Below are positions 40,619-52,309 of a DNA stretch of 64,000 bases, in pieces. Under the pieces are notes generated by a model that worked only from the letters and a program-made list of their open reading frames with translations, had not been told where the DNA came from and made no database searches. The stretch spans positions 19,530,001 to 19,594,000 of the forward strand of contig CP075492.1 in NCBI GenBank assembly GCA_021613535.1, read 5' to 3'. This stretch comes from Adineta vaga (lineage: Eukaryota; Animalia; Rotifera). The first letter of the stretch is position 1. Each line of letters begins with the position of its first letter. The position numbers and the translations under genes are program-made.

Positions 40619-40954
40619 CAAGTAAAGCATTAATTCTGTTAGGCAGTAATATTATTCGTTATCCACTAATTTTCTTTTCTCTTCTTTTGCTGTTTTTTTT
40701 CTTTCTGTTCTTCATTTAGATATAATCATTTTAAGTGAATAAAACAGAAAGAAGATGTGACGATAAAAGTATAGTTCACTGAATTATGCACTCTAGCAAG
40801 CTCTTTCAGCAGAAAATAAACCAATAATGGTACAGTTAGACTTTCCTTTGAACTTGTATTTTCATCGAAACAAAAGCTTTGAAACTGCTTTTTCACATAA
40901 CAGTTCGCTGTTTTCTTCGTTTAAATGACCTCAACGAAGTGTTATTGTATACAT

Positions 40955-40982
40955 CTTGAGGGTGAGTTTAACACAAATAGAT
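40955..40982. repeat. G-rich half of the telomere-hexamer site
   Basis: CTTGAGGGTGAG...TAGAT. Confidence 0.6.
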
Positions 40983-41201
40983 CCGCTGCAGTCGTTTTCG
41001 TTCTTCTTTCAAAAGAAACTCAGCAGGCAGCTTCATAATATTATTGCATATCTATATCTGTTGAATTTTTTTTTAAATTATAGAGATAGGCAAATCAGGT
41101 TTCCGTTTGAGGTTGTGAAACACAAAAAAACATGGTTTAATATCTTGTACTTAGGTCTGACCAAAAGTTCTGCAATGATTATTAGCAATTTTATAAATCA
41201 A

Positions 41202-41460
41202 CTAGCGGAGATACCCGCTGCGTAGAGGCCACAACTTACGTTTTCCATCTAGAACAGTGCTCTTCTCATCACCCACCGAACCTCTCCGTTGGTATTTACC
41301 CGTCGTGCATAAAAAAATCCTCACACCCTTCTTTCCCGCCCTGCCTCAGCGAACTGTACTCCTTCAGGTCAGAACTTTTCGCATCTCTTCATTAGTTCTT
41401 CCCTACTGGTCTTGTGTCACTATACATACGACATACAAACTTTCTTCTTTATATATACAA
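41202..41460 (-). mobile_element. Short non-autonomous Helitron
   Basis: A|CTAGCGGAGATACCCG left end and ACAAACTTTCTTCTTTATATATA right end, as in the 24069-25339 copy. Confidence 0.7.
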
Positions 41461-41465
41461 ATCAA

Positions 41466-41508
41466 GCCATCTGATGAGATCCGTAGCGGGATCGAAACGT
41501 TTCATGGC
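41466..41508 (+). ncRNA. Type I minimal hammerhead ribozyme motif (probably decayed)
   Basis: Stem I GCCAT/ATGGC, core CTGATGA, stem II GATCC(GTAGCG)GGATC, then GAAA-CGT-TTC. The second pair of stem III is a C-U mismatch. Confidence 0.65.
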
Positions 41509-41723
41509 AGCTACTACTCACTCTTCATATCATTCTCTCTCTTTTCTCTCTCATACGAATGATATCATCTCTTTATTGTGCTCGTTTTCTCTATCTATTT
41601 CCTGGGTGCATGCATTGGTATATACACGCGTGTCTTTGCTTCTTTCTTTGATTCGTTATGTAGTTTAGTTTCTATGTGTGTGTTAAAGAAAATAAAAGAA
41701 AACAGTTCAGTAAATACCAATCT

Positions 41724-43712
41724 CTAACAGGGTTTCTTGATGCAAGTTAGTAGCGCTTCTACACTGCGAATATTTCCCTCAATGGTACTAATATCTGGAC
41801 GATTTGGTAGCAAGCATTTGCGAAATATTCTTTCCGCTTTCTTAGAGTACTCTATTGCTTTCACATAATTTCCAGCGTAACGATAAGTTGTGCCCATGTT
41901 CGCATATGTAACGGCAAATTGTTCATGATTTTCTGGAAAATGCTTGCCGCCAACGTCAAGGGCTTTTTCATAGTACTCGCTTGCTAGTTTAAACTCAGTT
42001 TTATGTTGGTAAACTTGAGCAATGACTAGGTATGCTTTTAATAGACGTGAATGATTTGAAGGAAGAAGTATATTGACTGCTTCTTGTCCATAAGAAAGAG
42101 CCAGATCATATTTTTTCTTCCAAAGGTAAACCTCACTGATCGACACTTTAGTCATAGCAATGCTCTTATCTTCACACCATTCCATGCAAATTTCAAGTTC
42201 CTTTTCAAAATTGACGAGAGCTTCGTCCAAATCTCCGAGCGCGAGAGCGACATGGCCTAGGCCACTGTAACAGTGCAGTCTATTATCCAAATCTAATAAT
42301 GGATTCAGTAATAACCATTGAAACCATGATCTTGCCTTTTCGAACTCTCCCACTTTACATAACCAGTACCCGAGAGAAGTGATCCGGTCACCTACATCTT
42401 CTTTCACTTGTAGCATTAAACCTTTCAGTTCGTATTGGTCGTCACTGCACAAAGACAGAACAGCATTCCAAATTTGATCCCTTTCATCGAATTCAATTTG
42501 TATAATCCTGAAGATGGCACCTAGCCCAATCAAGACTTCATCTTCATTAGAAAAATCGCTCAGATGTTTTATCGAAGCATATGGTTTACTATTTTCTATT
42601 CTTGTATTAATATCGAATTGGAACAACACGCGTTGTATTTCACCAGTAGAAGGTAGATCACTTGATTGAGCAAATAATTTGGCATAATCTCGATCAAGAC
42701 TAGTACTCAAGAAACTGCGTATTGATAAGAATTGTTGTGGATTTCTTCGCATATAATTTAGTTCATTTAAAGTTATATTCTGACCACGGTAAACACTTAT
42801 AATCGGGTTGATATTCTCAGAAAAAGAGGCTCGATATTTTTCATATTCTCTTGTTAGTTGTTCGGTAAGATCGAGGATGAAGGAGCGAAAGGCTATTAAG
42901 GTATTGACATCCCCTTCTCGAAGAGCTGTGTTGAGTGTACCATAAAGAAATACGAACGCGTGTACCATTGAACCGCTTGTTGGGGAAAGTATTCTGCTTC
43001 AAATTTCTGAATTACCCTCTTGAACTTTGTTACCTGCATAAATCTCTTTCCAAGCCACAATTAAATCTTGTCTAGAGATAGCATCATTACTGGTCATTTC
43101 CTGAACAACATTAACGAGGATCTGAAAATACATGAACGTCACATTTTTAGAATCTTGTTCTTCAGATTGGCTAGTATTTTTTTGTGGATTGTACATATCC
43201 ATCACAAACGCACTATTACCGGTTCGTTCTAAAGCTCGTTGCTCTCGCGCGACAGCCGCTATTAGATCTTTTGATTGAGTGAAAATGCCTTTGACCTACA
43301 CAAAGAAAACAAGGAAAGACGATAGATGATCTTTCGTCTGAATAAAGGATACACATACCTTTCTGTAACTCCGAAACCATCCTTCAGAAGCTATCTCATA
43401 CAAATCGTAGATAAAGATGACCCAAAGTTGATGAATATCATGAATCATAGAAACAATTTGACGTCCATATTTTTCGGAAACAATCAGTATTGCCTTCTGC
43501 TCCGTAAAGTCTGTCAGATAATCAACGCATTCATTATAATCGTCAAAGACTTCAAAATCCATGATAATCTGTCTCAATTTGTTCTGAGTTTCAGTACTTT
43601 CTACACAAGTTTTGGCGTTCTCGGCAAGCCAAAATAGTACGGGACTGTTGGAAACAGCGGCAACATTTCGAAAACGCTGAAAAGGACTGGCATTGTTTGG
43701 TGCGGTGGCCAT
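41724..43712 (-). pseudogene. ART-TPR gene with two compensating frameshifts
   Basis: VYRGQ, FLSTS, EDEVL and the TPRs are intact. The family segment VIQKFEAEYFPQQAVQWYTRS (about 43016-42953) is in a shifted frame, leaving TGA at 42999-43001 in the main frame. Intron at about 43296-43358. Confidence 0.8.
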
Positions 43713-44076
43713 TACAACTCGATTCTGACTCACGTTGCGATTTATAAAAGGCGCAAGTTGGTTGTGGAAGATACAAATGAAAGTTTTTTGTTGTTTATTC
43801 GCAGCTTAGGCGCTTTCGTTTTTATATACGAATATGTAACTTGATATGGTAAGTCTATTGTTTTTCTTTCTTATCAAAAAAATGTGACGATATGAGAGAC
43901 ACAACAAAATTTCTTTTTTTCTTGGTTTTTGTTGCAGAAGTGAAGAAACGAAAATTGGTAAATACTTTAACAGAGTGAAAAAAAGAGTTTTATACCATCA
44001 AGACGACAATAACCAATTTTTTTGTAGACGTAAGTATGATTGAGACGGCTAAATATACGACACTCGTCGATATTAA

Positions 44077-44113
44077 GAGTGTGGGTATATCTACTTTACC
44101 TACACCCACATTT
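44077..44113. repeat. Telomere-hexamer hairpin site
   Basis: GAGTGTGGGTAT-ATCTAC...-ACACCCACAT. Confidence 0.75.
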
Positions 44114-44399
44114 CTACGAGTGAATATTTGTTATGTCGACATTTATTTACTTAAAGATTATCTATATTATTTATCAATAGCTTCTTGAATTCATTTTCTA
44201 TTTGTAATTAGACCTTATTATCAATTTCAATAATAAGATGACGTATAAATTTTTGTGAATATGTATATATAACTTATTTTTATAATCTAATCATTTGATT
44301 ATCGAACAATAATTTGTAAAACAATGAAAAATTATATTATTTATCTTTCTATATTTATTTAATAGACATTTATCGAAAGATTTTTTTTTGTTTATTAAA

Positions 44400-45309
44400 A
44401 ATTGATTTTAATGAATTTTATCAAACCTTTGAATTCGATGATTCCAATAATCTGAAATATAAAGATTTCCTTCACATCATCGCATTATTCAAACAATCTA
44501 TCACATAGATTTGATTTGATTTATTAACAAACAATCGTTGAGGTTTGGTGAATTGATTGAGATTGTTTCTCCAACCATTTCATTACACGTTCATTCTCAT
44601 TATCAGTTACATAAATCGATTGATCTTTATCAACAAAGATGAAAGAAGGAGAGTTGAGTTGATATCCTTGTCCATTTCCTTCTGCAACAATTGTTCCATT
44701 TTATTGAACTTTGATTTCAAAACAAAGAAAAGAAAAAAAAGATCTAAAAATTTCCGAATGATTTTTATTATTAAAATCGTTCGAATATCTTCATTTGGTG
44801 TTAGAAGATATTTTGTAAATAAACTATTCATTTGTCTATTATTTTCATCATTAACTTTTGTTTGATATTCACAAGCAAATGCAATTAAGTAAACAACTTT
44901 TACAGACATTGATTGAAGTTCATATAGAGAAATACTTAATTCAATTATTTTTTTATCTTGAGATCCTTTTTTAAATAAATAAAAATGAATTAAAAATTCT
45001 TAGAAATATTATCTTCTTACTTTCCATTGAAATTCCGTGTTCAGAAAAGTCAAATCAAACTATATCGTCTTTTTCAATTCAATTTTCAAAATCTTTAAAA
45101 ATATTTTTCATTTGTTTAAAAGTTAAATTTAATTTTGGTTTATTATGATAAATAAGAAATTCAAGATTTTTTAATATATTAAACATATCTTTTGCATCAT
45201 TTATTGCATTTCATAATTGATTTTTCATAATATAAACACCATTACCAATAATTAATGCTATTTTATGTCGTAGATTTGATAAAGATATATTTATTTGAGA
45301 AGTTGCCAT
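44400..45309 (-). pseudogene. Caspase-like (peptidase C14, bacterial-type) pseudogene
   Basis: MATSQ..KIALIIGNGVY..L*NAINDAKDM, FSEHG, and LIAFAC...NSLFTKYLL..PNEDI, with several stops. An NHL-like fragment (PQRLFVN..IYVID) lies at the far end. Confidence 0.7.
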
Positions 45310-45537
45310 ATTTTTATCTATTCAGTTTGAAACCATAAATTAACGTAAATGATCTGTCCCTATCTAATATATTGCACTGTTCGTCCAAAAGAACTATTAA
45401 GAGCGCTCGTTCGTGGAACTGAACCAGTGGAAGAGTTCAGTTCAATGAGCTGATGTTGTCAGAAAAGTGAACAGTTCTGAACTATGTGTTATCGTCCTGT
45501 TTCGTAATACACATTTTTTTAGAATGTGAGTAAAAGA

Positions 45538-45596
45538 AGGGTGGGTGTGGGTGAGGTTTGTTCTTACTGTATCTACGCTTTCACCCTCGTCCTCAA
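45538..45596. repeat. Telomere-hexamer hairpin site
   Basis: AGGGTGGGTGTGGGTGAGG...ATCTAC...TCACCCTCGTCCTCAA. Confidence 0.8.
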
Positions 45597-45734
45597 AAAA
45601 TAATTTCTTTCCTAAACATGCAAAACCGTAGTTGAAGTCAATAACTATGTTATAGTAATAAGATTTTTGTTTAATTTGTATTATTCATATTAAATAAATA
45701 AACTCAGAGAAACGAATTAAATTCTCTATTATAT

Positions 45735-48700
45735 TTAGAGTTTAAAACATAATTGTTGACGAATATATTGTCGATGATTTCTAATCGTTTCACAAGATTC
45801 TTTACTGTATAAATCTGATGGTAGAACAAATACGACAAAAGTAAGCATAGATGGAACAAATGAAATAAAATAACCAATGAGATATAACCATGAATTATGA
45901 GCAGATTTCATACAATTTGATATAAATGAAATATAAAGACGAGGAAATGCAAGAATAATTAATATAAATGGTGCAATTAAAAGTTGTCTATGATCTCGAA
46001 ATTGTTCAAGTAAATGTTCTCGATATGATTGACGAGGACGAGCACAGGCTCGTTGTCGTGCACCTACTATGATAATGAACAATGCTGAAAGTAAATTAAT
46101 GAGAAATGGACCAAGAAAATGAATAATATTAACAATCGAATTAAAAATTTCTATTTCTTTTGAATATCTAACAATACACCATGTTCGCTTTTCTTCTTCG
46201 TCATCATCATTAATTAATCGTCGATGAATGGGATCATGAATAGCAGTAGTAATAGTGATGATAATCAGAACACAAATCATCCATTTAGCTATTTTCTTGC
46301 TTTTATGTTTATTAAAATTAACTCCACTTCTAACAGTTAATGCTCGTTCAATAGCTACACAAGCATTAAGCCATTGATCCATACTAAGACAAATTCGAAT
46401 AAGAAAATCTATTAAAATACATTGAATATTTAGAAATGATTGATTAGTAATAATTGCCATTTGTAAGAGTAATAATATAGAAAATTTCAATATGAATATA
46501 ATAGTTATCAATAAAGAAGTAATCGATGATCCAAATAAATAGAGACCACAACCAACTTGACGAAGTTTTTTTATTTTAAAAGTAATTAAAGATAGAATAC
46601 TATTGACAAGTCCTAATATGAACATAATTATTGTAAGTATTAAACTTACTTGTACAGTTGTAGGTTGTTCTTGAAAACTCATATAAGGTTGAATACGATA
46701 TCCTAAAATAGCATCAAGTGAAAGACCAAAACCTTTTGTAGTAAATTGACATCGTGTTCCATAAAAACATTCGTTACACACACATATGGATTTTTGTGGA
46801 CAAGTTGGACTATCTTGAAAACATTGAGCTCCATTTTCACAAACACTTTGACGAAGACAATTGTATTGCATATGAAAATTAAAATCAAAACAATTTGATA
46901 AACGTTGTTGTTCAAAATCAGTACATAAACAGAAATGTTTTTCATCATGAAAACAAAACAATTGTAATGAAGATTGTTGACATGGTTCATGATAATGTTT
47001 TATACGCTGAAGAAGATGAGATTGAACAAATGTTTTATTAAATAATTTTGTAATATTTTTACAATGATGTGATGAATTAATTTTTCTAATAAATGTAATT
47101 GATGGTGTATAGATCTTTTGAATTATAGTTAAATAGAATATATTTTTTATTGGTTCAATAATTACAATATGAAATGGATGTGACCAATAAATAATATTTG
47201 AAATTTGACCAAAAAGAAACTTTTTAAATGTAGTTACATGTCGTGTTGGAATTTCATTTGATATTTCAATAAAATGAATAAGCATTGATTGTGAAAGAAT
47301 AATATCATTTTCAAATGAAACAATTATTTTTGTATCGATTATTTCACATCGATGTCCACTAAAACCTTTTAAACAAATACATATAAATCGTTGATAATGA
47401 GAAATACGTTCATCAATAGGTATACATTCACCACCATTAAGACATGTTTCATTTTGATCGAATTGACATATAATATTGTTAAGTAAACATCGAGAACCAA
47501 ATTTTCCAAGAGGACAAACACATATCGATTGATTATTTCCTGTAATACCAATACATAGAGAATCTGATGTACAAGTACAATTCTGTGGAATATTACAATG
47601 AATTCCAGACCATCCTTGATTACATCGACAAAAAGTAGGACTAACTGTATTATTAATGTATTTAGTATATTGACCATGAATACATTGAGAATTAAAACAA
47701 GTTCTATCATTGTTATCATTAAAATTTGGAATTAGTAGTTGAGCATTAATACGATGTACCGGTAAAAATGCGAAAGTAATTGGTATTAACCAACTACCTC
47801 GATAGATTAATGATTTCTTTTCATACACATCAATATGAATTGAATAATTCTTTGTTTCATTTTTCGGTCGAGTTAAATAGAGTAAATAAATATTAAATTT
47901 CATTTGACAATCACGTAGAGAAAGATAAGTAAATTGTTCATAAGAATTAATAATTCGTTTATCATTATCAATAAGTGAAATAATAAAATTGACTGGTGAA
48001 CTCCAAAGATCTGATAGAGTATAGATTCGTAATGTAAGACTCACTCGTTGATTTTGATATTGACATGTATCACCATAATAATTTGGTGGACATAGACAAG
48101 TACTGGTCGTTAAATTTTCTTCATTACCTAACCAAACACGCATATTGAGACCACGATGACAATCTTTCTGAAAAAGATTTCGAAATATCGATTGAGATGA
48201 TGATAGTAATTGAATATCTGTTTGATGTTTTGGTGAATAATCAATCTGCTCGAGTAAAAATGGTACGATCTGATTTTTCAAATGATCAGTAAGACGATAA
48301 CAAAAAAATAAGAAAACATCGGACATCTTGGACAAATCTATATGATTACAGTGTGTCTGAAAATCATTAGACTGACAAAATTGTTCATCTTCACCATTTA
48401 TACAAGTAATTTCATTTGAACAAAGAGCTGTGTAAGAAACACAATCTCTTGGGGTATAGTTCTTACAATAAAAAGTGTAGTCATTTCCATCAGATTGATT
48501 AGTACGACATAGAAATGGTTCATCAGTGGCACCAAGACAATCATTAATACCATCATTAACTTTTTCAATAGATAAACACATTAATTGATTATTTATCGAT
48601 GATACACATAAATGTTCTTGTAATTGACAATTTAATGATAATGATAAATTACAATTAAGTTCATCGGCTCCATTAGGACAATTCCATATTTGATTACAAC

Positions 48701-50465
48701 GTGTATAAACATTACTACATGGCCATTGTTCACATTCAGTTTCATCTGTTTCCTGTCGTCCATTAATAATTATCGGTTTTAATTCAATAAAACCATCACA
48801 AATTGTTTGAAAGAAAATATGTTCTTTAGTTTTAAAAATTATTTCAGGATTTTCATCATCTTGAAAAGGACATTGAATTAATCCATCGTTAAGAAACTGA
48901 TAATCAATACATTTATTTGATTTTTCACAATTATAACAATTTTGAAATGGTTTTAAAATATTTCCTTCAGTTACATTGAATTGTTCATCATCATTATAAT
49001 AACAATCTTGAATACCATCGTTTAAACGATATATTGAAATACTTTTAGATGAATTTATACATTGATACATGATCGATATATTTGAATATATTGAAGAATT
49101 ATTTATAATCGATGTACACGTACGAAATAGATTTTGTATATGAACTAAAATTGTATCCCAACGTATAATTTCATCTGGTAATTTGTATGGAAGTTCATTA
49201 AAAGAACGACATTTAGAATTATTCAACGACGATAAAATAATTGTTGTTGGCATTTCTTTACATAATTGATCATCGTAACAAACATAATCAGGTATTGGTA
49301 TTAATATGTTCGATGGATATAAAAGTGATTCTTTCATATAAACAAAGAAGATATGACCAAAAATTAAAGGTCCATCTGGAAAACGTATAAAATTTGGACA
49401 ATTTTCTTCGACCAATTGTTCACATAATTGATTTATACAAAAATCAAGACAAATTTGATAATCAATTTGATCTTGAATAAAAGTAATGCATAAAAATGGT
49501 ATCCAACATTTATCAAATATAATATTTTGTTTAATTTCAATTATTATTTTCATAATTAATTTACCACGTTCTTTTACACAAGAACTAGATGATAATATCA
49601 TAAAATCTCTTTCATCACCTTGTGTCATTGGACATGTTAATTCTTCACATAGAAATGTCGGTATTAATTTACCACATATATGACGTTTATTATCACGATA
49701 ATATTCATCAGTTCCATCAAGACAATCAGGATATAATATATCATCACGAAATAAATCTTTTGATATACAATAACCATTACGACATCGATATTCATTCTCT
49801 TGACAATCATTCATTTCAAGTTGCCAACAAAACATTTCATCTTGTCCTCCATCAATACAATCAATAATATCATTACAAATATCACTCCAATCAAGACATA
49901 TTGATGGTAAAATATGTTTACATTGTAAATGTGTATAACATGTTAAAGAAATCATTTCTTTCTTATTTTCATAAAAATCAGAAGTCATGTGAGAAAATGA
50001 TGAATGATAAGATTCAAATTGATCAAACATATATTGACACAATGGACCAAACCATGGCCATGAACAATTACAGAAATGTTCTGTACCCAACTGAATTTCA
50101 GTTAAATTTGACCATGAATTTAAATAGAATTGATAACGTTCAATAATATCAATAGATGTTGACCAGAGATACAATTGTTGACTTGTAATATTTTGTAAAC
50201 GTAATTCAGTAAAGGTTAAATTTTGACCACAATTATTTTTTTGTATTTTCCATTTTGATGGCCATTCATTTAAACAAAATGGAATTATTTGATAAGGTTC
50301 TTCGTCACGATTCATCGAAATAGTAGTGGCATATAAACAATTTTGTTGTAATATAATTTCATTATTACTTTCACTAATTTCATTTGTATAATAAAGATTG
50401 AATTGTAATGAACACATTTCTGTAATCATCAAATAGTAAAATACAATCCAATGAAGAAATAACAT
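45735..50465 (-). CDS. Intronless LDLa-repeat/EGF-repeat/7TM receptor, 1576 aa
   Basis: Single ORF with signal peptide, LDLa repeats, EGF repeats and a 7TM containing WLNACVAIER. Confidence 0.92.
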   Translation of the reverse strand: MLFLHWIVFYYLMITEMCSLQFNLYYTNEISESNNEIILQQNCLYATTISMNRDEEPYQIIPFCLNEWPSKWKIQKNNCGQNLTFTELRLQNITSQQLYLWSTSIDIIERYQFYLNSWSNLTEIQLGTEHFCNCSWPWFGPLCQYMFDQFESYHSSFSHMTSDFYENKKEMISLTCYTHLQCKHILPSICLDWSDICNDIIDCIDGGQDEMFCWQLEMNDCQENEYRCRNGYCISKDLFRDDILYPDCLDGTDEYYRDNKRHICGKLIPTFLCEELTCPMTQGDERDFMILSSSSCVKERGKLIMKIIIEIKQNIIFDKCWIPFLCITFIQDQIDYQICLDFCINQLCEQLVEENCPNFIRFPDGPLIFGHIFFVYMKESLLYPSNILIPIPDYVCYDDQLCKEMPTTIILSSLNNSKCRSFNELPYKLPDEIIRWDTILVHIQNLFRTCTSIINNSSIYSNISIMYQCINSSKSISIYRLNDGIQDCYYNDDEQFNVTEGNILKPFQNCYNCEKSNKCIDYQFLNDGLIQCPFQDDENPEIIFKTKEHIFFQTICDGFIELKPIIINGRQETDETECEQWPCSNVYTRCNQIWNCPNGADELNCNLSLSLNCQLQEHLCVSSINNQLMCLSIEKVNDGINDCLGATDEPFLCRTNQSDGNDYTFYCKNYTPRDCVSYTALCSNEITCINGEDEQFCQSNDFQTHCNHIDLSKMSDVFLFFCYRLTDHLKNQIVPFLLEQIDYSPKHQTDIQLLSSSQSIFRNLFQKDCHRGLNMRVWLGNEENLTTSTCLCPPNYYGDTCQYQNQRVSLTLRIYTLSDLWSSPVNFIISLIDNDKRIINSYEQFTYLSLRDCQMKFNIYLLYLTRPKNETKNYSIHIDVYEKKSLIYRGSWLIPITFAFLPVHRINAQLLIPNFNDNNDRTCFNSQCIHGQYTKYINNTVSPTFCRCNQGWSGIHCNIPQNCTCTSDSLCIGITGNNQSICVCPLGKFGSRCLLNNIICQFDQNETCLNGGECIPIDERISHYQRFICICLKGFSGHRCEIIDTKIIVSFENDIILSQSMLIHFIEISNEIPTRHVTTFKKFLFGQISNIIYWSHPFHIVIIEPIKNIFYLTIIQKIYTPSITFIRKINSSHHCKNITKLFNKTFVQSHLLQRIKHYHEPCQQSSLQLFCFHDEKHFCLCTDFEQQRLSNCFDFNFHMQYNCLRQSVCENGAQCFQDSPTCPQKSICVCNECFYGTRCQFTTKGFGLSLDAILGYRIQPYMSFQEQPTTVQVSLILTIIMFILGLVNSILSLITFKIKKLRQVGCGLYLFGSSITSLLITIIFILKFSILLLLQMAIITNQSFLNIQCILIDFLIRICLSMDQWLNACVAIERALTVRSGVNFNKHKSKKIAKWMICVLIIITITTAIHDPIHRRLINDDDEEEKRTWCIVRYSKEIEIFNSIVNIIHFLGPFLINLLSALFIIIVGARQRACARPRQSYREHLLEQFRDHRQLLIAPFILIILAFPRLYISFISNCMKSAHNSWLYLIGYFISFVPSMLTFVVFVLPSDLYSKESCETIRNHRQYIRQQLCFKL

Positions 50466-51077
50466 TTTCTTTTTCTTTTCAACTCACATCGAAGAATAAT
50501 TTTCTCTTAATGTGTGAGAAAGAGAAGGATTTTCTCTTATCAAAAACTAAAATATGTTTATTCCTGCATTTGTATTTTACATAGCTAAACATAAGGCCTA
50601 GTATTTGTATCAACAACAACAACATATTTGAGTGATAGTTTTTTTTTTTAAAAAAGCATTTTACTTTCAAAGTGCATAAATAGTCTCTATAGTTGAGATA
50701 AACATCGAGTACTCGTTCATATAGCTCTAAAAATATCGTCATTTGTTCGACAAAGAATTCTTACAAAAATAAATTACAGTTTTTTCTCGGTATAAAATAT
50801 AAAATTATCTTCAATTTTGTTTTTCAATCAAATAATAAAATGAACATCATTAAAACAAATGATTTGAAGTAAAACAACGCTTAAAAATCATTTCGTTTTA
50901 TTTCAGTATCGCAAAAAACAAGTTTTATTGAAATAATTTATTATAAATAACGTTCGTTGAGCAAGTGATTCGTTTGAACCTTGACTAAATTACTATTTCA
51001 AGTAAATATACAAAAAGGAATATATTTAGTAAGTATCATATAAACTATGGTAAAAAAAAGGAGTTAACAAACTGATT

Positions 51078-51130
51078 AGGGTGGGTGTGAGAATCTATTC
51101 TTTATCTAATACTTACACCCACACCCACCT
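51078..51130. repeat. Telomere-hexamer hairpin site abutting a truncated exon
   Basis: AGGGTGGGTGTGAG-AATCTA...-CTTACACCCACACCCACCT. Confidence 0.85.
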
Positions 51131-51993
51131 TTTTTATCAACAAGTCAAAATCGTGCTGTTTCCCTTATGTTTGCCGAATCTATAATGCTAGTAATCCTGA
51201 TTTAGTGAGAATTCTTTTTGTCATCAGCATCAATCCTATTCAATCAACATCACCTTTTGCTCTCATCCGTGATTGTAGTTCTCTCGAAGTCGAAGATGAA
51301 GTGTTGTTTTCTATGCACACCGTATTTCGCATTCATGATATCAAATCTATCGATGAGAATGGCATAATACATCAAGTGAATTTAGTGATGACGAATGATA
51401 ATGACAAAGAACTAAATATACTTACTGAATCCATTAGAAAAGAGACTTATCCAGGTTCAGAAGGATGGTACAGATTGTGTATAATCTTGATTAAACTGAA
51501 TCAAACTAGCAAAGCTGAAGAGAGTTGCGAAAAGCTATTTAATGGATTAATAAACATGGATGAGAGAGCTCTATATTACGAGCTTCTTGGTTCTATCATA
51601 AATGCTAAAGGGAAATATAAGGAATCAGTAACATTCCACGAAAAAACTCTTGCAATTCGACAACTATTACTTCCACAAAATCATTCTTATTTGGCCATAT
51701 CTCACAACAATATTGGTAGTGCATGTAAAAATATGGGTGACTATCCAAAAGCACTTTCATCTCATGTAAAAGCCCTTGCAATTCGACTACATAATCACTT
51801 CCTCCAAACCATCCTGATTTGGCTTCCTCTTATAACAATATTGGTAATGCATATGAAAAGATGGATGAGTATTGAAAAGCACTTTCATATTATGAAAAAG
51901 CCGTAGTAATTTGGAAACAATCATTACCACCAAATCATTCTTATATTCAGTGCATGAAGAGAAATCTCGAGCGTATTAAAAAATAATTATAAT
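51131..51993 (+). pseudogene. 5'-truncated, frameshifted ART-TPR fragment
   Basis: Begins mid-domain at FLSTSQNRAVSLMFAES, then ILF..EDEVLFSMHTVFRI and TPRs. Frameshifts near 51182 and 51790. Confidence 0.85.
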
Positions 51994-52260
51994 TTATATT
52001 CGTGCTTGGTAATAAGAATAAGTAAATATACTCACTGAAAAAGACATAGCTGTACATCTAAAGAAAAACTTAAATAAATAGGTTTATGTATCTGTGTATA
52101 AAGGACAGAACATGCATATGTAATATTTGATACTTTGAAATCCTCATGTTTTTTGTGACTTTTATATTTCTGAACTATAAGGAATGTTTTTGATAATCAA
52201 TAATAATAAAACTGTATTCCTAAAAAAGAATTGTTCGGAAAACATATAATGATATATATA

Positions 52261-52309
52261 TGAGGATGTGGGTATGAAAATAACACTCGTCTAAGCTCAC
52301 ACCCTCAAG
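52261..52309. repeat. Telomere-hexamer hairpin site
   Basis: TGAGGATGTGGGT...GCTCACACCCTCAAG. Confidence 0.85.
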
